In this document: positions 1 to 7,986 of the stretch, piece after piece
Numbering within the stretch: position 1 is the first letter of the stretch
Layout: each line of letters opens with the position of its first letter
From: Delftia acidovorans NBRC 14950
GTDB lineage: Bacteria > Pseudomonadota > Gammaproteobacteria > Burkholderiales > Burkholderiaceae_C
DNA: 32,000 bases
Assembly (NCBI RefSeq): GCF_001598795.1
Contig: NZ_BCZP01000014.1
Span: 1 to 32,000 of the forward strand
Direction of reading: 5' to 3'
The notes under the pieces: model-generated
The model's database searches: none
What the model was told of the DNA's origin: nothing
What the model saw: only the letters and a program-made list of their open reading frames with translations
Program-made: the position numbers and the translations under genes

Positions 1-396
1 GCGGCTCATGGCCGCGATCATCACGCCGCCCACGGCGGCGGCATTGGCCGGGCCCGAGCCCGAGATGCCGCCCAGGAACATGGCCACGGCAATCGCCACC
101 AGGGGCAGCATGCCGGGGCCGCGGCCCACGATGGCCACGGCGAAGTTCACCAGGCGCAGCGCCACGCCAGAGCGGTCGAAGATCGAGCCCACGAGCACGA
201 ACATCGGAATCGCCAGCAGCGGGTACTTGCCCAGGCCCGCATAGAAGTTCTGCGGCACGGCCAGCAGGCCGTACCACTGCGTGTCGGGGCTGGCCAGCGC
301 GATGGCGGCGGCGCCCGCCAGGCCCAGGGCCGCGCCGATCGGCACGCCCAGGAACATCAGGCCCAGGAAGGCGATGAAGAGCAGGGTTGCGATCAT
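1..396 (-). CDS. TRAP transporter large permease subunit (DctM family), first 132 codons; the gene runs off the window start
   Basis: Absent from the ORF track because there is no stop in the window. Reverse-strand translation from the ATG at 396-394 reads MIATLLFIAFLGLMFLGVPIGAALGLAGAAAIALASPDTQWYGLLAVPQNFYAGLGKYPLLAIPMFVLVGSIFDRSGVALRLVNF..., a typical DctM N-terminus. ATGA start/stop overlap with the upstream small-permease gene at 393-396. Confidence 0.9.
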   Translation of the reverse strand, partial: MIATLLFIAFLGLMFLGVPIGAALGLAGAAAIALASPDTQWYGLLAVPQNFYAGLGKYPLLAIPMFVLVGSIFDRSGVALRLVNFAVAIVGRGPGMLPLVAIAVAMFLGGISGSGPANAAAVGGVMIAAMSR

Positions 397-938
397 TGCG
401 CCTTCTCCCCGGTGCTGTCATCGAAGGCGCCAGGGCGGCCCTGGCGCTGGAACAGCTGCAGCGCGCGCACTGTGATCAGGGCCGAGCAAATCGGCAGCCA
501 CATCGAATACCACCACTGCGGCACGCCGATGCCGGGCGAGGTTTCCTCGAACCGGTAGTCGTCCCAGACCACGCGCACGCTCAGTGCGGCGATCACGGCG
601 AACAGCAGGGCCACCATCAGCGTGCCGAAGCGCGCCAGGCGCTTCCTGCGCAGGGCGCTGCCGCCTTCGGCGAAGTACTCGATGCGGATATGGGCGTTGC
701 GCGCCACGGCCGCCGAGCCCGCGACCATGGCCAGCAGGATCATCAGGAAGACCGAGATTTCCTCGGTCCAGGCGAAGGAGGAGGAGGTGAAGTAGCGCAC
801 CAGCACATTGGCGAAGGTGATCAGGGCCAGCAGGGCCATGATCACCACGGTGAGCCAGTCCTCGATGCGCAGCGAACGCGGCTCGTCCGGCTGCGAAGGC
901 GTCTCAGCGGCGCCGTTTTCGGTGGGAGGGGATGACAT
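393..938 (-). CDS. TRAP transporter small permease subunit (DctQ family)
   Basis: 181-aa ORF with four hydrophobic segments (LTVVIMALLALITFANVLVRYF, ISVFLMILLAMVAGSAAV, GTLMVALLFAVIAALSV, WYSMWLPICSALITV). Its stop overlaps the DctM start, the usual dctQM arrangement. Confidence 0.85.
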   Translation of the reverse strand: MSSPPTENGAAETPSQPDEPRSLRIEDWLTVVIMALLALITFANVLVRYFTSSSFAWTEEISVFLMILLAMVAGSAAVARNAHIRIEYFAEGGSALRRKRLARFGTLMVALLFAVIAALSVRVVWDDYRFEETSPGIGVPQWWYSMWLPICSALITVRALQLFQRQGRPGAFDDSTGEKAQ

Positions 939-1144
939 GGACGCGGGGAGTCAGAAAATTACACATGGCGGGGCAGATGCAGTCACTGAGCTTCCTCGGC
1001 GTCGTGTGCCGGGGGCCGTGAGGAAAAAATGTCACATTGGGTAAATGCGGCGCAGCGCCATTATGTGCGCATCCATGCGGTGTGCCAGAGGGGCCATCCC
1101 TGCCCCGTCAGGCACCCGTCACGGCCCGGCGGATAATGGCGGGC
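939..1144. promoter_or_regulatory. Divergent control region between the TRAP permease genes and the LysR regulator gene
   Basis: 206-bp non-coding spacer between divergent starts. It holds an odd palindrome AATGT-C-ACATT (1028-1038) and repeated CACAT/ATGTG pentamers at 962-966, 1033-1037 and 1063-1067. No promoter hexamers can be assigned confidently. Confidence 0.35.
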
Positions 1145-2080
1145 ATGGAAACCAAATGGCTAGAAGATTTCGTCAGCCTGGCTGAAACACGCAGTTTCAG
1201 CCGCTCCGCCCAACTGCGGCATGTGACGCAACCTGCGTTCTCGCGCCGCATCCAGGCACTGGAGGCCTGGGCCGGCACCGACCTTGTGGACCGCAGCTCC
1301 TACCCGACCCGGCTCACGCCGGCCGGCAAGACCATGTATGACCAGGCGCTGGAGATGCTGCAGTCGCTGCAGAGCACGCGCACCATGCTGCGTGCCCACG
1401 TCAGCGCGGGCAAAGGCATGGTGGGTTTTGCGGTGCCGCACACGCTGGCCTTCACCTTCTTCCCGAACTGGGTCTCCAGCGTGCAGGCCAAGTTCGGGCC
1501 GTTCCGCAGCCGGCTGTTCGCGCTCAACGTGCATGACGCCGTGATGCGCCTGGTCGAAGGCGGCTGCGACCTGCTGATCGCCTACTTCCATCCGTCCCAG
1601 CCCTTCCAGCTTGACCCGGCGCGCTACGAGATGGTCAGCCTGGGCCATGAGGTGCTCGCCCCCTACGCCAAGCCCGACGCCGACGGCCTGCCGCTGCACC
1701 AGCTGCCGGGCCGCCAGGGCCAGCCGCTGCCTTATCTGGGCTATGCGCCCGGCGCCTACCTGGGCCGGGTGACGGAGCTCATCCTCAAGGAAGCGGCCGA
1801 GGCCGTGCACCTGGAACGCGTCTACGAGACCGACATGGCCGAAGGCCTCAAGGCCATGGCGCTGGAAGGCCATGGCGTCGCGTTCTTGCCGTTCAGCGCC
1901 GTGCGCAACGAGCTGGAGGCCGGGCGCCTGGTCAGCGCCGCGCCTGCGGGCGACAACGGTTTTCGCATGGACATGGAAGTGCGCGCCTACCGTGAAAAAC
2001 CCGCCAGCAAGGACGCGCCCCAGGGCGTGGCCGGCGCGCTGTGGAACTTCCTGCTGGAGCAGGGCGAGACCATCGGCTGA
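1145..2080 (+). CDS. LysR-family transcriptional regulator
   Basis: The ORF 1037..2080 contains METKWLEDFVSLAETRSFSRSAQLRHVTQPAFSRRIQALEAWAG, a LysR winged-HTH N-terminus, followed by a substrate-binding-type C-terminal domain. Start chosen at ATG 1145 to give the usual LysR N-terminal spacing; ATG 1136 is an alternative. Confidence 0.88.
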   Translation: METKWLEDFVSLAETRSFSRSAQLRHVTQPAFSRRIQALEAWAGTDLVDRSSYPTRLTPAGKTMYDQALEMLQSLQSTRTMLRAHVSAGKGMVGFAVPHTLAFTFFPNWVSSVQAKFGPFRSRLFALNVHDAVMRLVEGGCDLLIAYFHPSQPFQLDPARYEMVSLGHEVLAPYAKPDADGLPLHQLPGRQGQPLPYLGYAPGAYLGRVTELILKEAAEAVHLERVYETDMAEGLKAMALEGHGVAFLPFSAVRNELEAGRLVSAAPAGDNGFRMDMEVRAYREKPASKDAPQGVAGALWNFLLEQGETIG

Positions 2081-2103
2081 CACGCCAAACGGCACGCATC
2101 AGG

Positions 2104-2131
2104 AAAAAAGGGGCTCTCGCAGCCCCTTTTT
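2104..2131. terminator. Bidirectional rho-independent terminator after the LysR gene
   Basis: A-run 2104-2109, stem GGGGCT (2110-2115) / AGCCCC (2121-2126), 5-nt loop, T-run 2127-2131. Confidence 0.75.
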
Positions 2132-2206
2132 GCTGCACGTTGGTGCATGCGGTTGCCCGGCAAGAGCCCGACTTGGTGCACGGGTTATGCCTAGGGTAAA
2201 CACCTA

Positions 2207-2225
2207 TTATGCATAGCATGCATAA
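2207..2225. promoter_or_regulatory. Perfect inverted repeat TTATGCAT-AGC-ATGCATAA; candidate activator (UAS) site upstream of the gltI sigma-54 promoter
   Basis: 8-bp arms are exact reverse complements with a 3-nt spacer. It sits in an AT-rich island about 135 bp upstream of the -24 element, a typical enhancer-binding-protein distance. Confidence 0.4.
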
Positions 2226-2341
2226 GGGCTTTTGCAAACGGCATTGGCTGTGCCACCGGCCCTGGCATTAGAGTGCGCGCACAGCAACCACGCCGTGTGC
2301 AGGACCGCCGGTGCGCTGGATCGGGCAAAAAACGCGTGCCA

Positions 2342-2357
2342 TGGCACGGCAGTTGCT
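2342..2357 (+). promoter_or_regulatory. Sigma-54 (RpoN) -24/-12 promoter for gltI
   Basis: TGGCAC (2342-2347), 5 nt, TTGC (2353-2356) matches the consensus TGGCAC-N5-TTGCW exactly. Correct orientation, about 165 nt upstream of the gltI ATG. The -24 element lies inside a 12-bp perfect palindrome GTGCCATGGCAC (2336-2347). Confidence 0.65.
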
Positions 2358-2423
2358 TACCTGAATCCGGCTGACGTGCTGGAAAGCCCTAGCACGTCTC
2401 GGTGCTCCAGCACCGTGCGTGAT

Positions 2424-2452
2424 TGCACAATATGTGTCACATCGTTGATAGT
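2424..2452 (+). promoter_or_regulatory. Candidate proximal sigma-70 promoter for gltI
   Basis: TTGCAC (2424-2429), 17-nt spacer, GATAGT (2447-2452), in an AT-rich stretch about 70 nt upstream of the ATG. Weak match to consensus. Confidence 0.3.
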
Positions 2453-2523
2453 TCGAGCCAGCCCACAAGGCGACTCGACCGTTCTCATCAAGACCGTTTT
2501 CGTTCTCATCTCAGGAGACCCGT

Positions 2524-3423
2524 ATGAAGAAGCATTTGTTGGCCATCGCCGTGACCGCCCTGGCTGCAGGCAGCGCATTCGCGCAGGCTGGTGACACCCT
2601 GGCCAAGATCAAGTCCTCCGGCGCCGTGACGCTGGGCGTGCGTGAATCCTCCGGCCTGGGCTACACGCTGGGCAATGGCAAGTACGTGGGCTTCCACACC
2701 GAGATGGGCGAGCGCGTGCTGGCCGACATCCAGAAGGAACTGGGCCTGGCCAAGCTGGACATCAAGTACCAGCCCGTCACCTCGCAGAACCGCATCCCCC
2801 TGGTGACCAATGGCACCGTGGACATCGAGTGCGGCTCCACCACCAACAGCCAGGCCCGCCAAAAGGATGTGGCCTTCGCCGTGACCACCTACGTGGAAGA
2901 AGTGCGCATCGCCGTCAAGGGCAACTCCGGCATCACCGGCATCAAGGACCTGAACGGCAAGACCATCGTCACGACGACGGGCACCACCTCGGTGCAGACC
3001 CTGCGCAAGAACAAGCGCGCCGACGGCCTGACCTTCAAGGAAGTCATGGGCAAGGACCACGCCGACAGCTTCCTGATGCTGGAAACCGGCCGTGCCGACG
3101 CCTTCATCATGGACGGCTCCATCCTGGCCGCCAACATCTCCAAGTCCAAGGCACCTGCCGACTACAAGATCGTCGGCGAAACCCTGTCGGTCGAACCCAT
3201 CGCCTGCATGCTGCGCAAGGACGACCCTGCCTTCAAGAAGGCCGTGGACGACTCCATCAAGCGCCAGATCGCCGACGGCTCGCTGGCCAAGCTCTATGAC
3301 AAGTGGTTCATGCAGCCGATTCCCCCGGTCAACGTGAAGGTCGGCCTGCCACTGTCCGACGCCACCAAGGACGCATGGGCTCACCCCAACGACAAGCCCA
3401 TGGAGTCGTACGAAGTCAAGTAA
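2524..3423 (+). CDS. gltI: Glutamate/aspartate ABC transporter periplasmic substrate-binding protein
   Basis: 299 aa with signal peptide MKKHLLAIAVTALAAGSAFA. Family-3 binding-protein body with GltI-like blocks (KYQPVTSQNRIPLVTNGTVDIECGSTTN, FIMDGSILA, KLYDKWF). AGGAGA RBS at 2513-2518. Followed by two permease genes and an ATPase gene. Confidence 0.93.
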   Translation: MKKHLLAIAVTALAAGSAFAQAGDTLAKIKSSGAVTLGVRESSGLGYTLGNGKYVGFHTEMGERVLADIQKELGLAKLDIKYQPVTSQNRIPLVTNGTVDIECGSTTNSQARQKDVAFAVTTYVEEVRIAVKGNSGITGIKDLNGKTIVTTTGTTSVQTLRKNKRADGLTFKEVMGKDHADSFLMLETGRADAFIMDGSILAANISKSKAPADYKIVGETLSVEPIACMLRKDDPAFKKAVDDSIKRQIADGSLAKLYDKWFMQPIPPVNVKVGLPLSDATKDAWAHPNDKPMESYEVK

Positions 3424-3438
3424 GCACCAGCTGAATGC

Positions 3439-3475
3439 CGCCCCTTCTGCCATGCGGTTGGAAGGGGCGTTTTTT
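3439..3475 (+). terminator. Intra-operon rho-independent terminator/attenuator after gltI
   Basis: 9-bp stem CGCCCCTTC (3439-3447) / GAAGGGGCG (3461-3469), 13-nt loop, T6 run at 3470-3475. A second hairpin GCCGG-N7-CCGGC follows at about 3483-3500. This is typical for over-expressing the binding protein relative to the permeases. Confidence 0.7.
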
Positions 3476-3535
3476 GTTGCGTCGCCGGTTTTTCTGCCGG
3501 CACGCATTTCGTGTTTTGAATGAAGGGGTGCTCCT

Positions 3536-4288
3536 ATGAGTTGGGATTGGCAGGTGTTCTGCCAGGACACCATTACCCAAGAGGTCGGTCAAAGCTGCTT
3601 CGGCAAGAACGGCGATATCACCTACCTCGACTGGATGCTGTCGGCCTGGGGCTGGACCATTTCCGTGTCGCTGCTGTCGCTGTTGATCGCACTGGTCGTC
3701 GGATCGCTGATCGGCACGCTGCGCACTTTGGAGGGCCGGCCGTGGATCGTGCGGCTGGGCAATGCCTGGGTGGAGCTGTTTCGCAATATTCCGCTGCTGG
3801 TCCACATCTTCATGTGGTACCACGTGGTTCCGTCCTTTGTTCCTGCGCTGAAGTCGCTGCCGGGCTTCGTGCTCGTGGTGCTGGCGCTGGGTTTCTTCAC
3901 CTCGGCGCGTATCGCCGAGCAGGTGCGTTCGGGCATCCAGGCGCTGCCGCGCGGCCAGCGCTATGCGGGCATGGCGATGGGTTTCACCACGTTCCAGTAC
4001 TACCGCTACGTGCTGCTGCCCATGGCGTTCCGCATCATCATCCCGCCGCTGACCAGCGAGACCATGAACGTGTTCAAGAACTCGTCCGTGGCCTTCGCCG
4101 TGTCCGTGGCCGAGCTGACCATGTTCGCCATGCAAGCGCAGGAAGAGACTTCGCGCGGCATCGAGATCTATCTGGCCGTCACCGGCCTGTATGTGGTTTC
4201 CGCCTTTGCCATCAACCGCATCATGGCCTTCATCGAGAAGCGTTCGCGCGTCCCGGGCCTGATCGCTGCCAGCGGCGGAGGACACTGA
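3536..4288 (+). CDS. gltJ: Glutamate/aspartate ABC transporter permease
   Basis: 250 aa polar-amino-acid permease with multiple transmembrane segments and the EAA-type loop (RSGIQALPRGQRYAGMAMGF). Confidence 0.9.
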   Translation: MSWDWQVFCQDTITQEVGQSCFGKNGDITYLDWMLSAWGWTISVSLLSLLIALVVGSLIGTLRTLEGRPWIVRLGNAWVELFRNIPLLVHIFMWYHVVPSFVPALKSLPGFVLVVLALGFFTSARIAEQVRSGIQALPRGQRYAGMAMGFTTFQYYRYVLLPMAFRIIIPPLTSETMNVFKNSSVAFAVSVAELTMFAMQAQEETSRGIEIYLAVTGLYVVSAFAINRIMAFIEKRSRVPGLIAASGGGH

Positions 4289-4289
4289 C

Positions 4290-4961
4290 ATGAACCTGCA
4301 AATCGACTGGTCGTTCTTCACCTGGGACCTGTTCAGCAACTTCGTGCTGAAGGGCCTGTACTTCAGCCTGACGCTGACCGTCATCGCCACCATCGGCGGC
4401 GTGCTCTTCGGCACCGTGCTGGCGCTGATGCGCCTGTCCGGCAAGAAGTGGCTTGATGTGCCCGCCACGCTCTACGTCAACGGCATGCGCTCCGTGCCGC
4501 TGGTGATGGTGATCCTGTGGTTCTTCCTGCTGATGCCGCTGATCATCGGTCGGCCCATCGGCGCCGAGGTCTCGGCCATCATCACCTTCATCGCCTTCGA
4601 GGCGGCCTACTTCAGCGAGATCATGCGCGCGGGCATCCAGTCCATCCCGCGCGGCCAGGTCTCCGCGGGCCAGGCCATGGGCATGACCTACGGCCAGAAC
4701 ATGCGCCTCGTGGTCCTGCCCCAGGCCTTCCGCAACATGCTGCCGGTGCTGCTCACGCAGACCATCATCCTGTTCCAGGACACCTCGCTGGTTTATGCCA
4801 TCGGTGCCTACGACATGCTCAAGGGCTTCGAAGTGGCGGGCAAGAACTATGGCCGTCCCATCGAATCCTATCTGGCCGCTGGCGTGACCTACTTCGTGCT
4901 GTGCTACTCGCTCTCGTGGGCAGTCAAGCGCCTGCACAAAAAGATTGCCATCATTCGATGA
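4290..4961 (+). CDS. gltK: Glutamate/aspartate ABC transporter permease
   Basis: 223 aa. ATG lies 1 nt after the gltJ stop. EAA loop RAGIQSIPRGQVSAGQAMGM. Second permease of the HisM/GltK type. Confidence 0.9.
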   Translation: MNLQIDWSFFTWDLFSNFVLKGLYFSLTLTVIATIGGVLFGTVLALMRLSGKKWLDVPATLYVNGMRSVPLVMVILWFFLLMPLIIGRPIGAEVSAIITFIAFEAAYFSEIMRAGIQSIPRGQVSAGQAMGMTYGQNMRLVVLPQAFRNMLPVLLTQTIILFQDTSLVYAIGAYDMLKGFEVAGKNYGRPIESYLAAGVTYFVLCYSLSWAVKRLHKKIAIIR

Positions 4962-4990
4962 CACACCACCCCCTGAGTCGCTTCGCGCCT

Positions 4991-5078
4991 TCCCCCTTGA
5001 AGGGGGACGACGGCCTTGGCTGCGGGGCGGCCCTTGCTGGCCGTCCCGCCCCCATGACCGCGCCCCTTGTCGGCGCGG
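4991..5078 (+). repeat. Three consecutive GC-rich stem-loops in the gltK-gltL spacer (REP-like element)
   Basis: Hairpin 1: TCCCCCT/AGGGGGA (4991-5007). Hairpin 2: 11-bp stem GCGGGGCGGCC/GGCCGTCCCGC with one G-U pair (5022-5049). Hairpin 3: CCGCGCC/GGCGCGG (5058-5078). Each apex carries CCCTTG/CCTTG. No T-run, so probably not a terminator. Confidence 0.6.
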
Positions 5079-5111
5079 CGATGGACAACTGACACGAGTC
5101 GGAGTGAACCA

Positions 5112-5849
5112 ATGATTGAACTCAAGAACGTTTCCAAGTGGTACGGCAGCTTCCAGGTGCTGACCGACTGCTCCACCAACATCCAGAAGGGTGAGGTCGT
5201 GGTGGTCTGCGGCCCTTCGGGCTCGGGCAAGTCCACGCTGATCAAGACCATCAACGCGCTGGAGCCCTTCCAGAAGGGCGAGATCTTCGTGGACGGCGTG
5301 GCCGTGCACGATCCCAAGACCAACCTGCCCCAGCTGCGCAGCCGCGTGGGCATGGTGTTCCAGCACTTCGAGCTGTTCCCGCACCTGTCGGTGACCGAGA
5401 ACCTGACCATCGCCCAGATCAAGGTGCTGGGTCGCAGCCCGGACGATGCCAAGAAGCGTGGCCTCAAGATGCTGGACCGCGTGGGCCTGACGGCGCACAA
5501 GGACAAGTTCCCGGGCCAGCTGTCGGGTGGCCAGCAGCAGCGCGTGGCCATTGCGCGCGCGCTGTCCATGGACCCCATCGTGATGCTGTTCGACGAACCC
5601 ACCTCCGCGCTGGACCCCGAAATGGTCGGCGAAGTGCTGGACGTGATGATCGGCCTGGCCAACGAAGGCATGACCATGATGTGCGTGACCCACGAAATGG
5701 GCTTCGCACGCAAGGTGGCCAGCCGTGTGATCTTCATGGACGTGGGCGGCAAGATCCTGGAGGACTGCTCCAAGGACGAATTCTTCGGCAACCCGGAAGC
5801 GCGCCAGCCCCGGACCAAGGAATTCCTCAACAAGATCCTGCAGCACTGA
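5112..5849 (+). CDS. gltL: Glutamate/aspartate ABC transporter ATP-binding protein
   Basis: Start taken at the internal ATG 5112 ([12 protein letters not shown]...), preceded by GGAG at 5101-5104. Walker [10 protein letters not shown], signature LSGGQQQR, Walker [12 protein letters not shown]. The 15 upstream codons in the track ORF lie in the hairpin element. Confidence 0.93.
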   Translation: MIELKNVSKWYGSFQVLTDCSTNIQKGEVVVVCGPSGSGKSTLIKTINALEPFQKGEIFVDGVAVHDPKTNLPQLRSRVGMVFQHFELFPHLSVTENLTIAQIKVLGRSPDDAKKRGLKMLDRVGLTAHKDKFPGQLSGGQQQRVAIARALSMDPIVMLFDEPTSALDPEMVGEVLDVMIGLANEGMTMMCVTHEMGFARKVASRVIFMDVGGKILEDCSKDEFFGNPEARQPRTKEFLNKILQH

Positions 5850-5880
5850 ACCGGTGCGGCCCTTGCGGGCACGGTAATCA

Positions 5881-5905
5881 AGGGGCGCTTCGGCGCCCTT
5901 TTTTT
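5881..5905 (+). terminator. Rho-independent terminator of the glt operon
   Basis: Stem AGGGGCGC / GCGCCCTT with a TTCG tetraloop (5881-5900), followed by a run of 7 T (5899-5905). Confidence 0.85.
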
Positions 5906-5919
5906 GTGGCCAAGGCGAG

Positions 5920-5948
5920 CTGATGATGAGAATAGTTCTCGATACAAT
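5920..5948 (+). promoter_or_regulatory. Sigma-70 promoter with overlapping Fur box for the ECF sigma operon
   Basis: GATGATGAGAATAGTTCTC (5922-5940) matches the Fur consensus GATAATGATAATCATTATC at 14 of 19 positions. A -10 TACAAT lies at 5943-5948 and a weak -35 CTGATG at 5920-5925 (17-nt spacer). About 90 nt upstream of the sigma factor ATG. Confidence 0.65.
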
Positions 5949-6029
5949 CGCCGGCTCAGCTGTTTGCACCGTGCTCCAGATTCCGCCCCCATTACCCCGC
6001 CGCCGGACAACTTCCACGTCCGCCGTGCC

Positions 6030-6650
6030 ATGCCTGCCATGAAGCGCGACGACGCCCCGGGAGAGCCCGGTGGCCATTCCCGCAGTCTCTACACCCGCTG
6101 GCGCAAGCCGCTGCAGCGCATGCTGGCGCGGTACTTCAAGAGCCCGGCCGATATCGAGGATGCCTCCCAGGAGGTCTTCGTGCGCATGCTGTCGGCCGAC
6201 AAGTGCCTGCCCGTGGACGAAGAGCGGCCCTATCTGCATCAGGTCGTGCGCAGCGTGGCGGCCTTCGCGCACCGCACGGCGCCGCAGCAGGCCGGTGTGC
6301 GGCTGGTGTCCGTGGAGGATTGCCGCGACGAGGTCGAGTCCCTGCCGGCCCGCGACAGAGCCGATCATGCGCTGGACGATGAGCGCCGCCAGCGCCTGGC
6401 CCGGCTGCGCGATGCCCTGAACGAGCTGCCCGAGCGTCAGCGCCAGGCCTTCGTGCTTCACCGCGTGCAGGAACTGACGCTGGAGCAGACGGCCGAGCGC
6501 ATGGACATCACCGTGCGCATGGTCTCGCGCCACCTGAGCCGGGCACTGTCCTATTGCGAGATCCGCGTACGCTACGCCAGCGCCGAGCAAATGCGTGCCC
6601 TGCTGCGCGCAGACGAGCAGCGGCCGGGCGCCGCAGAGAACACACGATGA
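6030..6650 (+). CDS. ECF (sigma-70 family, FecI-like) RNA polymerase sigma factor
   Basis: Region 2 (DIEDASQEVFVRML) and region 4 HTH (LPERQRQAFVLHRVQELTLEQTAERMDITVRMVSRHLSRAL). Start at ATG 6030, or 6039. The stop TGA overlaps the anti-sigma ATG (ATGA at 6647-6650). Confidence 0.88.
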   Translation: MPAMKRDDAPGEPGGHSRSLYTRWRKPLQRMLARYFKSPADIEDASQEVFVRMLSADKCLPVDEERPYLHQVVRSVAAFAHRTAPQQAGVRLVSVEDCRDEVESLPARDRADHALDDERRQRLARLRDALNELPERQRQAFVLHRVQELTLEQTAERMDITVRMVSRHLSRALSYCEIRVRYASAEQMRALLRADEQRPGAAENTR

Positions 6651-7693
6651 GCAACGAACTTCCCCCGGGCGTTTCGCCGCAGGAGTTGGTGGGGCTGCAT
6701 GACAGGGCGGCCGACTGGTTCGTGCGCCGCCAGCAGCCGGACTGGACGGGCGCCGATGAGCGCGCGCTGGATGCGTGGCTGGGCGCCAACCCGCTGCACC
6801 GCAGCATCTTCGAAGGCATGTCGCGCCACTGGCATGGCGCGCCACAGCTCAGGGAACTGTTTCCCGATGAGTTTGGCGCAGCGGTGCCGCCCGCCGCGCC
6901 TGCCGTCTGCGCTGCACCAGCGGCCGCGCCGCCGCGCCAGCGCGTTCATGCCCGCTGGCCCGGCCGCCCTGCAGCAGCCCTGTCCGTGCTGGCGGTGGTC
7001 TCGCTGCTGGCTTGGGGGGGCTGGTACCGCTGGGATCACACGCCGGGCTATACGCTGCAGGCCCGCACGGCGCCCGGGCAGACGCAGAGCATCGAGCTGC
7101 CCGATGGCTCGCGCGTGGCCCTCAACGTGGACAGCGAACTTCAGGTGCGCTACTACCCGCGCCGCCGCGAGGTGGTGCTGGATCGGGGCGAGGCCTTCTT
7201 CGAGGTCACGCCCGGCCCGGACAGGCCCTTCACCGTGGACTCCGGCGCCAGCCGCGTCCGGGTGGTGGGCACCGCGTTCAATGTGCGCGCCGGGCCGCCG
7301 CGGCTGGTGGTGAAGGTGCTGGAGGGCAAAGTGCAGCTGCGGCCCGAGCGTGACCGGGCCGGGGGCGATGTCCTGCTGCTGGCGGCAGGCGCGGGCGTGG
7401 CTGTGGACAGCGCCGGCCGGCACAGCACCGTGGTGGCCGATGCGGACAGCGTGGGCGACTGGCGCACGGGCCAGGTGCGCTTCAGCGGCACGCCGCTGGC
7501 GGAGGTGGCGCAGGAGCTGTCGCGCTATCTGGGTGCGCCCGTGGAGCTGGGCGACGAGTCGCTGGGCCGCCTGCGTGTCTCGGGCCTGCTGGCCACGGCC
7601 GCGCCCGAGCGCTTTGTGCGCGCGCTGCCGGCCTTGATTGCGGTACGCGTGCAGCCGCGCAGCGGCGGAGGTTGGCTGATCGTGCGGGGATGA
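6647..7693 (+). CDS. FecR-family transmembrane anti-sigma factor / sigma regulator
   Basis: N-terminal sigma-binding segment (AADWFVRRQQPDW...LDAWL), one transmembrane segment (AALSVLAVVSLLAWGGW), and a periplasmic FecR domain (GSRVALNVDSELQVRY...VVLDRGEAFFEVTP...PFTVDSG..RVRVVGTAFNV). Translationally coupled to the sigma gene. Confidence 0.9.
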   Translation: MSNELPPGVSPQELVGLHDRAADWFVRRQQPDWTGADERALDAWLGANPLHRSIFEGMSRHWHGAPQLRELFPDEFGAAVPPAAPAVCAAPAAAPPRQRVHARWPGRPAAALSVLAVVSLLAWGGWYRWDHTPGYTLQARTAPGQTQSIELPDGSRVALNVDSELQVRYYPRRREVVLDRGEAFFEVTPGPDRPFTVDSGASRVRVVGTAFNVRAGPPRLVVKVLEGKVQLRPERDRAGGDVLLLAAGAGVAVDSAGRHSTVVADADSVGDWRTGQVRFSGTPLAEVAQELSRYLGAPVELGDESLGRLRVSGLLATAAPERFVRALPALIAVRVQPRSGGGWLIVRG

Positions 7694-7986
7694 ATCGAAG
7701 ATTGAAAAACATTTTGTTTCAAATTGACGACCAACCCCAGGTTCCAGCTTTGCACCCGTCCTGGCTTCTATAGGGCAGGGGCGTGGATTTTCCAGGCCCG
7801 CACGGCTGCCAGCCAAGGACCACCGAGGGCGCTCGTCCCTCACGCCCCAGCCAACGGCCGCAACACCTGACGCGCATGCGCGGGTGGGCTGGCATGGCTT
7901 GTCCGGCGCGGTTCCTGATCGCCCGCGACGGCTGCCTGCAGCCTGCCCGTCGCGTGCCCGTGCAACGGCACAGCAACGGAGTGGCA

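Noticed and set aside
2419-2441. A CRP-like GTGA ... TCACA pair upstream of gltI.
   Set aside because: The half-sites are separated by 14 nt instead of 6, which is incompatible with a CRP dimer. It is probably a chance match within the AT-rich promoter region.
4517-5092. A plus-strand 191-aa ORF spanning the gltK 3' half and the gltK-gltL spacer, translating the hairpins as ...FAPSPLKGDDGLGCGAALAGRPA.
   Set aside because: It is out of frame over gltK and Arg/Pro/His-rich. The spacer portion is better explained as structured non-coding repeat DNA.
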